A DNA stretch of 64,000 bases, taken from the NCBI GenBank assembly GCA_020353515.1, contig CP070695.1, forward strand, positions 4,189,913 to 4,253,912, read 5' to 3'. A program made the position numbers and the translations under genes. This DNA comes from Candidatus Heimdallarchaeota archaeon. Its GTDB lineage: Archaea; Asgardarchaeota; Heimdallarchaeia; Hodarchaeales; Hodarchaeaceae. The notes beneath the pieces are model-generated. The model worked only from the letters and a program-made list of their open reading frames with translations. It had not been told where the DNA came from and did no database searches. Positions within the stretch are counted from its first letter, which is position 1. Each line of letters opens with the position of its first letter. Shown here piece after piece: positions 49,395 through 58,871 of the stretch.

Positions 49395-50723
49395 CTAAAA
49401 ACTAAATAATATCCCCCAAATGGTATTTACTGTTGTATGAACTAAGGCAGCGGGGACTATTTTCTGAGTTTTCCAATAGGTCCATCCATACGCAAAGCCT
49501 GCAATACTAGCGAAGAAAATATACCTAATGTCTTCAAAATGAGCCCAACCAAACAGAATTGAGCTCAAAACTAAGGCAGCTATAAGTGGATCCTTAGTTT
49601 TATAGATCATAATGATCGCAATCAGTCCAAGAATGATTGAAGCCACTAAATACAGTGCTTCTAAGGGAATTGACTCAACGAGAGGCCAAGCTTGACCTTC
49701 TGCATCTCCTAAAGGCTCAGCTAAGAAACCTATAATGTCTTGAAGAGGAGTAACCATTGGAATCCAACTGAAAATCTGTAATATATCGTCAATCCAAGGA
49801 GTGATAATAATCAATCCAACCAAACCTGCGATTCCTCCATACCACCAATTGATGGAAAATGTATCCTGCTTGAACCTCTCTTCAAGGAGTCGGAAGAAAA
49901 AACCTCGGAAAAATAATTCTTCTATTAATGCTGTTCCAAGAAATATGAGGAGGAACGTTAAAATTATCTCGACGATGGATCCTGGAAACTCTTCAAAGAG
50001 AATCATAACATTCTCAATAATCACTGCGGGGGGAGCTAAGAAATAGCTAAGCATACCTAGGGGAGCAATAATAAGTGTTAATATTCCAACAGCTAAAATA
50101 ACAACCATGAGATCCTCCCTTGAAATAGTAAATGATAATCCCATATCATGATGCCGTACAAAGATTAGGGCATAAAAGAAAGCAAATAATGCCAATAATG
50201 TATCAAAAGGAAGATTCCCTAATTCTACTGTTCCTAACATAGTATCAACAACACCAAACTCTATGGGCAGCCACACCCATAATCCTGCAATCACATCAAT
50301 GTATGACAATCCATTCTCAATTCGCTTATGGAATGAGATATAGAGGAAGGTTGGAGTCAATAAAAAGATAAAGCAAACCAATATCTGGAATAGGGTAACA
50401 AACGGATCAGTGGAAGTTGGAACAATGATTCTGTAAATGCTAAAAATGATAAATACAACGAGTGGGGGAAGAATACGCCGATTAGCTGTCATGAGGAGAT
50501 CCCGTACTGAATCAACGATTTGAGGGGTGAATACATACATGAAAAATCCACCAAGGAAGAGAAGGAACACCAATCCAAAGACAAGTTGTACTCCTGACGG
50601 GATAGGCTCCTCTAAGAAAAGCATAAGAAGAAGTAAAATAAGAAAACAAGTTCCTATTAGAAAGTTGGGAAATTTAAGCATATTTTTCCAGTTTTCCAGT
50701 GGTTTAATCATAATTGCTAACAC
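49395..50723 (-). CDS. CPBP (Abi/Rce1-like) intramembrane glutamic endopeptidase
   Basis: EELFFRG, FGWAH, AALVHTTVN. Confidence 0.85.
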   Translation of the reverse strand: MLAIMIKPLENWKNMLKFPNFLIGTCFLILLLLMLFLEEPIPSGVQLVFGLVFLLFLGGFFMYVFTPQIVDSVRDLLMTANRRILPPLVVFIIFSIYRIIVPTSTDPFVTLFQILVCFIFLLTPTFLYISFHKRIENGLSYIDVIAGLWVWLPIEFGVVDTMLGTVELGNLPFDTLLALFAFFYALIFVRHHDMGLSFTISREDLMVVILAVGILTLIIAPLGMLSYFLAPPAVIIENVMILFEEFPGSIVEIILTFLLIFLGTALIEELFFRGFFFRLLEERFKQDTFSINWWYGGIAGLVGLIIITPWIDDILQIFSWIPMVTPLQDIIGFLAEPLGDAEGQAWPLVESIPLEALYLVASIILGLIAIIMIYKTKDPLIAALVLSSILFGWAHFEDIRYIFFASIAGFAYGWTYWKTQKIVPAALVHTTVNTIWGILFSF

Positions 50724-51022
50724 ACATCCTGGCTGTTGGAATATTTCTACTGCTATTAGAATTTTTACATTAATATTATTTATTTGATATCATTATCAGG
50801 AAGAAAAGGCCTTATAGACACAAAATAACTAGTAGTCTCTCTTTTTGAAAAAAATTGAGACTATTTCAAGAACCTTCAAGAAACCTAGAAAGCTATTTTT
50901 CAAAGATTCTATAAAAGATACCTTAAAAGAGCGGTGCTTCTTTTACTAAATACAACTTAAGAGCAATTACTAACTTACTTTGCGAAAAAAAATAAAAATT
51001 CATGATTTAAAGGAGATTTAAT

Positions 51023-54000
51023 ATGAATCGAAAAAAAGTTCAGCTTTTAGCTGTTAGTATGGCGCTTGTTGCCATGTTACTGATAAATCAATCAGGTATT
51101 ACAATCGCCACATTGCAGGCACCAAAAAGGATTTTTGTAGATACACCGATAGGAGATAAATCATTCATTGAAGCTCTTGAATTAATCGCTGCAGAAGACA
51201 CTGCTCTCATCGCTCAATACTACCAGTTAAATGGAGAAAAAACGTTCCCCCTCAACCCTACGCATGAGGCTTTCGAAGAACTCAGTCTTATGTACATCAT
51301 CAGTTCCAATCAAGCAAACTGGCGTGATTACTGGCCTAGATCAATTTGGGAATTCCGTGATGGAGCTACAATATTGCTCCAGTTTTCTCAAGGAATGGAA
51401 GACTCTCTTGCTGATGCTGAAGAGATCATTCCTGCATTGAATAGTTGGATGGGAACAACCCTAGATGTTCTGTATGGGGCTGAGATTGGGCCAGACAATA
51501 ATCGGACAACAACCCTCTTTTATTGGGGATATATGTCTTCTCAGAACCACTCAGACTTTATAATAGACGAATTTTATGACGTCTTAACTCCAGGTGGATA
51601 TACTGATTTCATAGAAAGAGATATAATAGCTTCAGCTCCCATTTCAGTTGTTGGAACAGGCCTTGTAAAGAATAAAACAGACGATTTTATTCCTGTTGCA
51701 GTATCAGCGTTCATCTTGGAAAACGGTGTTAGTTTAGATGGAGATATGGGTAATATGTCAATCTCATCTGCATTCGATTATTCAGGTTCCATTGTACCTG
51801 CACCCGACGCATTTTACAGCAAAATTAGCTTCCAATTACCTTACGTTGCGACTGTCTATGATTCATATCCAGAGACAGATAACCTATATCCAGAATTAGT
51901 CGGTAATTTCGATTGGACCTTAAAAGCAGGTGAATGGATCAATGTAGCTTATGATGACATTTACGTTACTTTTTCAAAGGACGAAGAAGAAATTACCACA
52001 TTCCCACAAATTACATCTGAATTATCTACAGATGTAGTAGCATTGCAATCTGTTAACAATCCACAGCTAAATTTTACAATTACAATGAAGAATACTGGAG
52101 ATGAAATAGCCTATGATACAGTGTTTGCTTGGGACCTAGGTGATGAACCAGAACCCCATTATATATCTATCTTTGATAGTGATAACTACGAATTTGATCC
52201 GACGATTAAGAAGTACTTCAATTTTACGAGTGGCTTACTTATAGACTCCCTTTCGCTTACAGAAATTGATAATCCTGATACCCCAGAAGTAGATTGGTTC
52301 AATATCAGTCGTGAAATCACAGGTTGGTTTATAAATAAAAGTGATGGGAACAAAGTCGTCCAACCACAGACCACGTTTCTTCCTTCGATGGGGCATGCTG
52401 GGATTCATGAAGTTAATGCTTGGGCAACAATCAGTTCAGTTTATATCAATAAATCATTCTTTAACTTCAAAAAATCCAGCAATTTAGTTTCAGCGACAAT
52501 CAATGATACATTTTACTTAATTGGAGAAATCGATCAGCTAAACCCAGGAGCCAGTGAGTCATTCTGGTGGAGTATTGATGATCTCCCTTCTGAAGCTGAC
52601 AGCTTTATTTGGGTGGACATTAATAATTCTAATGGCGATGGCCAATTGTTAACTGATCCATTATATGGATCGTACTGGCAAGTCAATTGGACAGTAATTG
52701 ACAATACAAGCGTTAAAACAGAAGGAATAACAAATCTTAAGGATTATCTTGTGAAAAATGCACTTAATGAAGGTCAAGATCTACGTTTTCCCCCAATAAA
52801 TCCAGAATTTATACCTGGTGTTATGTTTGTTTATGAAGATGGCGCATCAAGAGAATACTTTGGATGGTCAAATGGATTAATTATTCAATTGTACGACGAT
52901 GAAGCGATTTTAAAAACCACTGTCTCTTTAAATTCATCAATTTATGAGATGTTCGAATTTGCAGAAATCAATGTGACCATTGAAAACATTGGAGATGCAC
53001 CCGCATCAGACATTAGTATTCAAGGATTTCATGCACAATTAGGACCTGGTTGGGAATTAAAGGATTTCAAGGCCTTTTCAAATGAAACAGCACTTGGAAC
53101 TATCAACCCAGGTGAGAAAGTGACTCATACTTTCATTCGAGAGATCGAAACTTTCATTGGAATACATCCTGTAGGTGTTGTTGTAGATTATACAACAGAG
53201 AAAGATGAGGACCTAGGTGGAGCATTTAACAGTACAACAATTACAAACTTGGCTTCCAACCTTTTAGTAGCTCTTGTGATGCCCAAAGATGATTCAGGAG
53301 AACCTGTTCAAGAGTATCCAACTCCAGTAGTCAATGTATCAGTTTCATGGACTGATGAAAACGGTGGTGACATAGAGAACGGAGATCTCATTGAAATTAA
53401 AACTGAAGTCAAAAATCTTGGTGATGAAGCTACTACCATCAAATTGTTCTCGTATTTCCCAACACGAATGGCCAGTATAGATATAGAAGCACAGTATTAC
53501 GATGGCAAGAATTTTAAGGTTACAGATATTTCTGGGAATATTTTAACAGGTTATGATGAAGGTTTTGCGATGGATCATCCTGATTGGCCAATCACTATCG
53601 CTGCAGTTGCAGGATTACATCTAGCTCCAGGGGCAACAATAATTTTCTATTACAAACTCACAGTAACAGACAAGGATTCCTTAATTGTGCCTCCAGTTGC
53701 TGTAGAATACGATAGCCGATATCCTATGACTGGAACCTCTGGGATGGAAGGCAGTGAGGAAGGAGGTGGCACTAGTTCAGCTGCTCTCAGGATGTCCCCC
53801 AATTTAGGAATCAAATCCTCCAGTCTTAAGCTCAGTGTTCAGAATAGTGAGTCAAGCGGTTCTAGTTGGACATCTTACAGTGATTCATCTCTCTTGTCAG
53901 CATACGCAGCTGTTATAACTCCAGAACCTAGTACTACTGCTAGTGAGTCAGAGCCTCCATCATCAACATCTGGTGGTGCGAATGGCTTTACAACCCTGAC

Positions 54001-54097
54001 AAGCTTCATAACGGAGAATATGAGGCTCATGATAGTTGTATTAGCCATTCCTATCCTGGTGTTGAGCGTTCGAGAGCTCCGAAGAACAAGAAAATAG
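51023..54097 (+). CDS. Large acidic secreted surface glycoprotein with repeated Ig/CARDB-like domains and a C-terminal TM anchor
   Basis: Signal peptide; repeated [IV].N.GD..A motifs; many NxS/T sequons; Ser/Thr linker, TM, RRTRK. Confidence 0.75.
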   Translation: MNRKKVQLLAVSMALVAMLLINQSGITIATLQAPKRIFVDTPIGDKSFIEALELIAAEDTALIAQYYQLNGEKTFPLNPTHEAFEELSLMYIISSNQANWRDYWPRSIWEFRDGATILLQFSQGMEDSLADAEEIIPALNSWMGTTLDVLYGAEIGPDNNRTTTLFYWGYMSSQNHSDFIIDEFYDVLTPGGYTDFIERDIIASAPISVVGTGLVKNKTDDFIPVAVSAFILENGVSLDGDMGNMSISSAFDYSGSIVPAPDAFYSKISFQLPYVATVYDSYPETDNLYPELVGNFDWTLKAGEWINVAYDDIYVTFSKDEEEITTFPQITSELSTDVVALQSVNNPQLNFTITMKNTGDEIAYDTVFAWDLGDEPEPHYISIFDSDNYEFDPTIKKYFNFTSGLLIDSLSLTEIDNPDTPEVDWFNISREITGWFINKSDGNKVVQPQTTFLPSMGHAGIHEVNAWATISSVYINKSFFNFKKSSNLVSATINDTFYLIGEIDQLNPGASESFWWSIDDLPSEADSFIWVDINNSNGDGQLLTDPLYGSYWQVNWTVIDNTSVKTEGITNLKDYLVKNALNEGQDLRFPPINPEFIPGVMFVYEDGASREYFGWSNGLIIQLYDDEAILKTTVSLNSSIYEMFEFAEINVTIENIGDAPASDISIQGFHAQLGPGWELKDFKAFSNETALGTINPGEKVTHTFIREIETFIGIHPVGVVVDYTTEKDEDLGGAFNSTTITNLASNLLVALVMPKDDSGEPVQEYPTPVVNVSVSWTDENGGDIENGDLIEIKTEVKNLGDEATTIKLFSYFPTRMASIDIEAQYYDGKNFKVTDISGNILTGYDEGFAMDHPDWPITIAAVAGLHLAPGATIIFYYKLTVTDKDSLIVPPVAVEYDSRYPMTGTSGMEGSEEGGGTSSAALRMSPNLGIKSSSLKLSVQNSESSGSSWTSYSDSSLLSAYAAVITPEPSTTASESEPPSSTSGGANGFTTLTSFITENMRLMIVVLAIPILVLSVRELRRTRK

Positions 54098-54236
54098 GAA
54101 ACTCTATTTTCCCTCCACTTCCTTTTTTTATTGTCATGTTTTAGTTTAAGATAATCTCTATTTTAAGTGATCTTTGTATTTCCACTTTGATAAAAAGCAC
54201 TATTTTTAAAGGATTGATATTTACAACTAGATTGCG

Positions 54237-55133
54237 ATGTCAAATCACCTGGATGAGAATCTTACAGAAATATTCAAAGCACTTTCTCATCCGTTGCGAC
54301 AAGACATAATTTATCTTCTTGCTGAGCGCCAAGAAATTGGCGGAATTGGCTTTACTGCTCTTCAGAATGAGTTAAATCGGGGTTCCTCTCGCAAAAAACC
54401 TGTTCAGGTTGGAACAATCTATCATCACATTGGTCTTCTTGGTGAATTAATCAATCAAAATGATGAATCCAAAACTTGGACGCTTTCTGAGAGAGGATTA
54501 TTTGCCTATAATTTATTGACTTCAAGTCAAGATCGGAATCAATTTCTTACAAATGGTGACCTTAAACAAAGTTCTCCTCTTTTGTTAATCTGGAAAATAT
54601 TGGCTCCCCCCAGCATCTTCTTCAATATCAAAAAGTCTATTACATTATTCATTGGGTGGCAAATACTTTTCTTTTTATTATTTGCATTTATTACCGCCCA
54701 AGCTGATCTAGTATTGATTTTCCTCTTCTTTTCTGATATAAATCTGAGTAAAGATATTTTATTCAGTTTAGGGAGTATCGTGCTATCTTGGATTATTTTT
54801 ACTGTTTTGGTATTGGTTCTATCAAGACAACTGCTTCCAAAGAAAACCATGTCCTTAGAAGATATTGTGACAACTGCCATCTTTTTAGGATTATCAATGT
54901 TACCACTAGGAATCTTTCCTCTTCTTGTAATGGCCAGAGTGATTGATCTAACTCAATCTTTCATCCCATTAGCATTAGCCATTCTTCTCCAACTTTGGGT
55001 GATTCTTTTTTCTGCACGTGCAATCTCAGTTCAATTTTTTGTTAGAATGGAACGGGCAGGTATTATTAGCCTTATTTCAATCTACATTATGGTCTTATTA
55101 GGAGTACTCTTATCCCCGATCTTAGGCTTCTAG
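54237..55133 (+). CDS. Membrane-tethered ArsR-like winged-helix regulator (HTH plus ~5-6 TM, Yip1-like)
   Basis: IFKALSHPLRQDII, GTIYHH..LL, WTLSERG, then hydrophobic helices. Confidence 0.75.
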   Translation: MSNHLDENLTEIFKALSHPLRQDIIYLLAERQEIGGIGFTALQNELNRGSSRKKPVQVGTIYHHIGLLGELINQNDESKTWTLSERGLFAYNLLTSSQDRNQFLTNGDLKQSSPLLLIWKILAPPSIFFNIKKSITLFIGWQILFFLLFAFITAQADLVLIFLFFSDINLSKDILFSLGSIVLSWIIFTVLVLVLSRQLLPKKTMSLEDIVTTAIFLGLSMLPLGIFPLLVMARVIDLTQSFIPLALAILLQLWVILFSARAISVQFFVRMERAGIISLISIYIMVLLGVLLSPILGF

Positions 55134-55892
55134 GCTCGTAGGAAAATCTGTTATCTCAATCTTAGGTAATAAAATTTCAAATCGCGTTCCTTGGGTGTAG
55201 TCGTCCAAAACCCTATTAGAAACGCTAATCTCTCCTCCTAACTTTTTTAAAATTGTTTTAACAATATGAAGTCCCAATCCTGAGCCTCTTTTCTCTGATC
55301 TTACTCGAAAAAAACGTTTGAAGATTTTTTCTTTTTTTGAATCTGGGATTCCCTCTCCACGATCAATAACATCAATTTTCCATTGATCAGATTCCTGGAT
55401 ATCACTAACGATAATGTCAACCACTTTAATGGGATTTTTATCGGCTAATACTGCATTCTGTAAAAGATTGATGACACAATTATCAAGGATGGTTGTTCCT
55501 TGAACAAAACAATGCTTCTTTGGGAAAGAAGTATTAATCTTTATTTTTTCATGGGGAAACATTCCAATAATGGATGTAATAGAACGATTAACAACACCAC
55601 ATAAGTCAATAGGTGTATAATCTCCATTCTGTAAATTTTTAACTTCAGATAATAATTTAACTTGGTCAAGTACCATTTGAGCTCTCAATAGGCTTTGGAA
55701 CGCTGTTTGTAGAAAAAATTGAGAATCTTCATCCTGTTCATCAATGACAGACTTCAATTCTTCTAAACAACTGTAAGTTATCATCGTTTGGCTAGGAACA
55801 TCATGTGTAAGGAGATCAATGAAGAATTCGAGATCCCTATGAGCCTCTTCTGACTGACGAAGTATATCCTGAGTTTCCTGATTCTTAACCAT
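55122..55892 (-). CDS. Histidine kinase lacking an input domain
   Basis: LTHDV (H box), NLLQNA (N), DRGEGI (G1), IFKRF (F), GSGLGL (G2). Confidence 0.85.
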   Translation of the reverse strand: MVKNQETQDILRQSEEAHRDLEFFIDLLTHDVPSQTMITYSCLEELKSVIDEQDEDSQFFLQTAFQSLLRAQMVLDQVKLLSEVKNLQNGDYTPIDLCGVVNRSITSIIGMFPHEKIKINTSFPKKHCFVQGTTILDNCVINLLQNAVLADKNPIKVVDIIVSDIQESDQWKIDVIDRGEGIPDSKKEKIFKRFFRVRSEKRGSGLGLHIVKTILKKLGGEISVSNRVLDDYTQGTRFEILLPKIEITDFPTSLEA

Positions 55893-56028
55893 TTGAAAAT
55901 CACTACTGAGTTGTATTTCAACGCCATCAATGAAACCAAAAAAAATGTTTGCCCGAATTATTCTGGATTCTTAAACCAGTTGAGTAATACAATCACTCTT
56001 GTGATTTTTAATTCGGCTTTCTAAAAAA

Positions 56029-56937
56029 TTATAACTTCTCTTTTACGTTCCGATGAACAACAGAAACAGCCAGATTGTTTCCTTTTAGCTCATTTTCAAC
56101 TAACCCTTCAAGGAGAGCTGAAATTCCATCTCCAGTCCAAGTATTTGTTTCATATATTTTCCTACTGGAAACACGAAATCTTCTCGCCAGATATTTGCGA
56201 ATATTTGTTATTCTACTAACATCTCGCATATTTGCAGCGATAACAAAAGGACGATCCCAAAAATTATGAACTTCTTGAAACAATTCTTGGGCCTTTCTGA
56301 TCCTTTGAGCATCTGAACTATCTACAAAAAAGATGTATCCATCAGAGTCGTTCCTAAATCTCCACCATTGCTGTTGAAAGGCATACCCAAGGTCGAAGAA
56401 TTGTATTTGAGGTAAATTTCCAATGGAATCTATTCTAATAATATCTAGAAGTTGTGTTGGTTCGTAAGATTCGAAACCAGCAAGGGGACGATCTTCTTTT
56501 AAATAATTAACGAAAGTACTTTTCCCTGAGCGATCTAATCCGAGAAGTGCAATCTTTAGCTCTGTATTTGAGTTATCAACTTCTTTCACTATTGAATTAC
56601 ATAAGTCTTGAAAATATTTCGTCGAGGCGAGTAACTTTGAAGTTGGGATATCCCTACTCAGATATTCTTCAAGGAGATTTAAGAACAATTCAAGGCGTTG
56701 AAAAGACGTATTAACGGAGGCTACCGAAACTAATAGTAGATCTTGAATGGTCGCGCGAAATGTTATTAATTGATTTCTAATGATTATTCCTTGAGTATGT
56801 TCCCTCTGAGTCTCTTCTCGAGCCAACTTTCCGAGTATTGGTATTAGATCATAGAACTGTTGACTATTAGCAATGGAGACAGTTGAAATTAATTCAGAAT
56901 TATCTTTGTCAAAGACTTTGACTGAAAGAAGAGTCAT
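56029..56937 (-). CDS. Arf-like small GTPase with an N-terminal longin-like domain
   Basis: GLDRSGKST, YEPT, FFDLG, IFFVDSSD, ANMRD; N-terminal ~120 aa with a beta-beta-alpha-beta-beta-beta-alpha-alpha pattern. Confidence 0.75.
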   Translation of the reverse strand: MTLLSVKVFDKDNSELISTVSIANSQQFYDLIPILGKLAREETQREHTQGIIIRNQLITFRATIQDLLLVSVASVNTSFQRLELFLNLLEEYLSRDIPTSKLLASTKYFQDLCNSIVKEVDNSNTELKIALLGLDRSGKSTFVNYLKEDRPLAGFESYEPTQLLDIIRIDSIGNLPQIQFFDLGYAFQQQWWRFRNDSDGYIFFVDSSDAQRIRKAQELFQEVHNFWDRPFVIAANMRDVSRITNIRKYLARRFRVSSRKIYETNTWTGDGISALLEGLVENELKGNNLAVSVVHRNVKEKL

Positions 56938-57223
56938 TCGAGAATCACCGTACCATCGCTAACAAGTTTATCTTTGGAAAAATGTATTCTTTTATGAATT
57001 AAAAAAACGAATTTCCTTAAAAAATTCACCTGAACAATTTTTCCGGATATTCGTAATCTTAGAGAAGAAAGAAGGAAATTATTAGAAACGAGAAAAAATG
57101 ACATCTTGAAAAGAAATGAGCCGACGAAAATCATAAATTGAATTCAAATTAGAAATAATCCCAGTACTGGGAGAATGTATCGTTAAAGTAATTTCAGGAA
57201 GGAAACAATAATATTTTATATCC

Positions 57224-57367
57224 TTATTCTTCGTCTCTCTTAATCTTCTTTTCAGCTTCGTCTTTTACTTTCTTTCCAATAATTTTTCCTTTCTCAGCTG
57301 TCTTCTTACCCAGCTTTTCTGCTTCTTCCTTCTTTTTTTCAGCCTCTTTCTTGATTTTTTTAAGCAT
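57224..57367 (-). CDS. 47-aa K/E-rich hydrophilic microprotein (not in ORF track)
   Basis: MLKKIKKEAEKKKEEAEKLGKKTAEKGKIIGKKVKDEAEKKIKRDEE; alternative in-frame ATG at 57379. Confidence 0.6.
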   Translation of the reverse strand: MLKKIKKEAEKKKEEAEKLGKKTAEKGKIIGKKVKDEAEKKIKRDEE

Positions 57368-57446
57368 TAAATTCCACATTCTATTATTTTTTTCCCCGAG
57401 AGGATTGTTTCTTTTTCATTTTTTACCTACTTAAATAAGATTCGGT

Positions 57447-58673
57447 CTACCCCAATTGAAACAAGTTAATTATTGTTGAAAGAGTTGTTTGACAAATTTT
57501 CTTCATGAAAATGAAATCCAAAGTGTTGATTGTGTCTCCAGCAGTATGATAATAAGGATTACGGAAATTAGCGGTATCAGTTACTATAATTGCAGGAATT
57601 CCGACTCTCCAGAAAGGAGCATGATCGCTTCTCAATAAATCAGGCATTGTTTGTTTAATTCCATCGTAATCTAAAGGAACATCAAGACAAGCACAAGGTA
57701 ATTTAATCAAATCATGTTGAGATGAGTTAAAAAAAGAATCTGTAAGAATTTGGGAGTTTTCATCACCAATGATTGTAATATAATTCCCTATCATTCGATC
57801 GTGATCGGTTCTATAAGTCTTGAACATATCTAAAGTAATGCCTTTTGGTAAACGTTGAGAATAGGGTTCCTTGGACGTAAAACCTATAGATTCGAGATTA
57901 ATGACACCTGTGATATTCATTTCTTTCTCGATAATGTATTTTGAATAGGCATCACTACCCAAACAAAAGCTTCTGCCAAATGGATCATCCTGAGCTGATT
58001 CACGAAATATTCGATTTTGTTCCCTGAAAAACTTAAGCTCATTGTTTGTTAATTCTACCTTCGCTTGCGCTTCAAATTTATTCCATTCATCCTCGTCAAG
58101 AAATGGTTTTGCTGGCCCTGATGAGATTATCAGTTTTTTAAATTGGTCAGCAAATTTTTTTAATGGCCAAGAAATATAACGGTAATTTTCATCAAAAACT
58201 CCACACTCGGTACCAATCTTTCTTATCGGATTTTGCAGACTAGGAGAGAATTCCTCTAGGTTAAAACTGACAAAAATGACATTTTTCTTGAAATTAATTT
58301 CCCTTAGAACACGAGCAACTTCTAACATTACTGCTACTCCACTTGCATTATCATCGGCACCAGGAGTAGAATAAATGGTATCATAATGATTGGTTATAAA
58401 GATTGTAGGTTCGGATAGATCCATATGGTCTTCTAAAAAGCCTTCTACATTGAAAAAATCTTCATCTATCCCCTCTACGCTGAAAAAGTGTCTATTTGTA
58501 GTAATATCGTGTTGTTGTAGCGATCTCTCAATATATTTACCAGCTTGAATTAATATATCATAAGAGTCAAGAGCATGTTTGACACCTTCAAGAGAGAGTA
58601 TGTGGGTGTATAAATTATTGATATCTACAGTTTCGATAGCATCTTTGATCATTGACAATGTAGTTAACTCCAA
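57447..58673 (-). CDS. M28 family metallopeptidase with an insertion
   Basis: NHYDT, PGADDNASGV, FNLEE, INLESIG, RSDHAPF, YHTAGD. Confidence 0.9.
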   Translation of the reverse strand: MELTTLSMIKDAIETVDINNLYTHILSLEGVKHALDSYDILIQAGKYIERSLQQHDITTNRHFFSVEGIDEDFFNVEGFLEDHMDLSEPTIFITNHYDTIYSTPGADDNASGVAVMLEVARVLREINFKKNVIFVSFNLEEFSPSLQNPIRKIGTECGVFDENYRYISWPLKKFADQFKKLIISSGPAKPFLDEDEWNKFEAQAKVELTNNELKFFREQNRIFRESAQDDPFGRSFCLGSDAYSKYIIEKEMNITGVINLESIGFTSKEPYSQRLPKGITLDMFKTYRTDHDRMIGNYITIIGDENSQILTDSFFNSSQHDLIKLPCACLDVPLDYDGIKQTMPDLLRSDHAPFWRVGIPAIIVTDTANFRNPYYHTAGDTINTLDFIFMKKICQTTLSTIINLFQLG

Positions 58674-58871
58674 ACGTCTTTTGGTTTAGGAATCGCTTGG
58701 ATTTTATATACGTTCTTGATAGTCTTCTAATACCTATCCATTTTGCTAATCGTAATTTTAGAATGAAAGTTAATGATGTCTACATTCTTCTTGTAAGAAG
58801 TGTAGCTGATTACAAAAAACTGAAAAAAAGAAAAAACAAAAAGAAAGAAGAAAAGGGGGAGATTTAACGCT

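Noticed and set aside
20394-50723. Eukaryote-like CaaX prenylation system (CFMR-ending peptide, prenyltransferase-repeat protein, Rce1-like protease)
   Set aside because: The toroid protein is extracellular, the paralogous peptide lacks aaX, the genes are far apart, and CPBP proteases are widespread.
56934-57134. 66-aa ORF overlapping the GTPase start
   Set aside because: Composition looks like translated AT-rich intergenic DNA; no support beyond the ATGA overlap.
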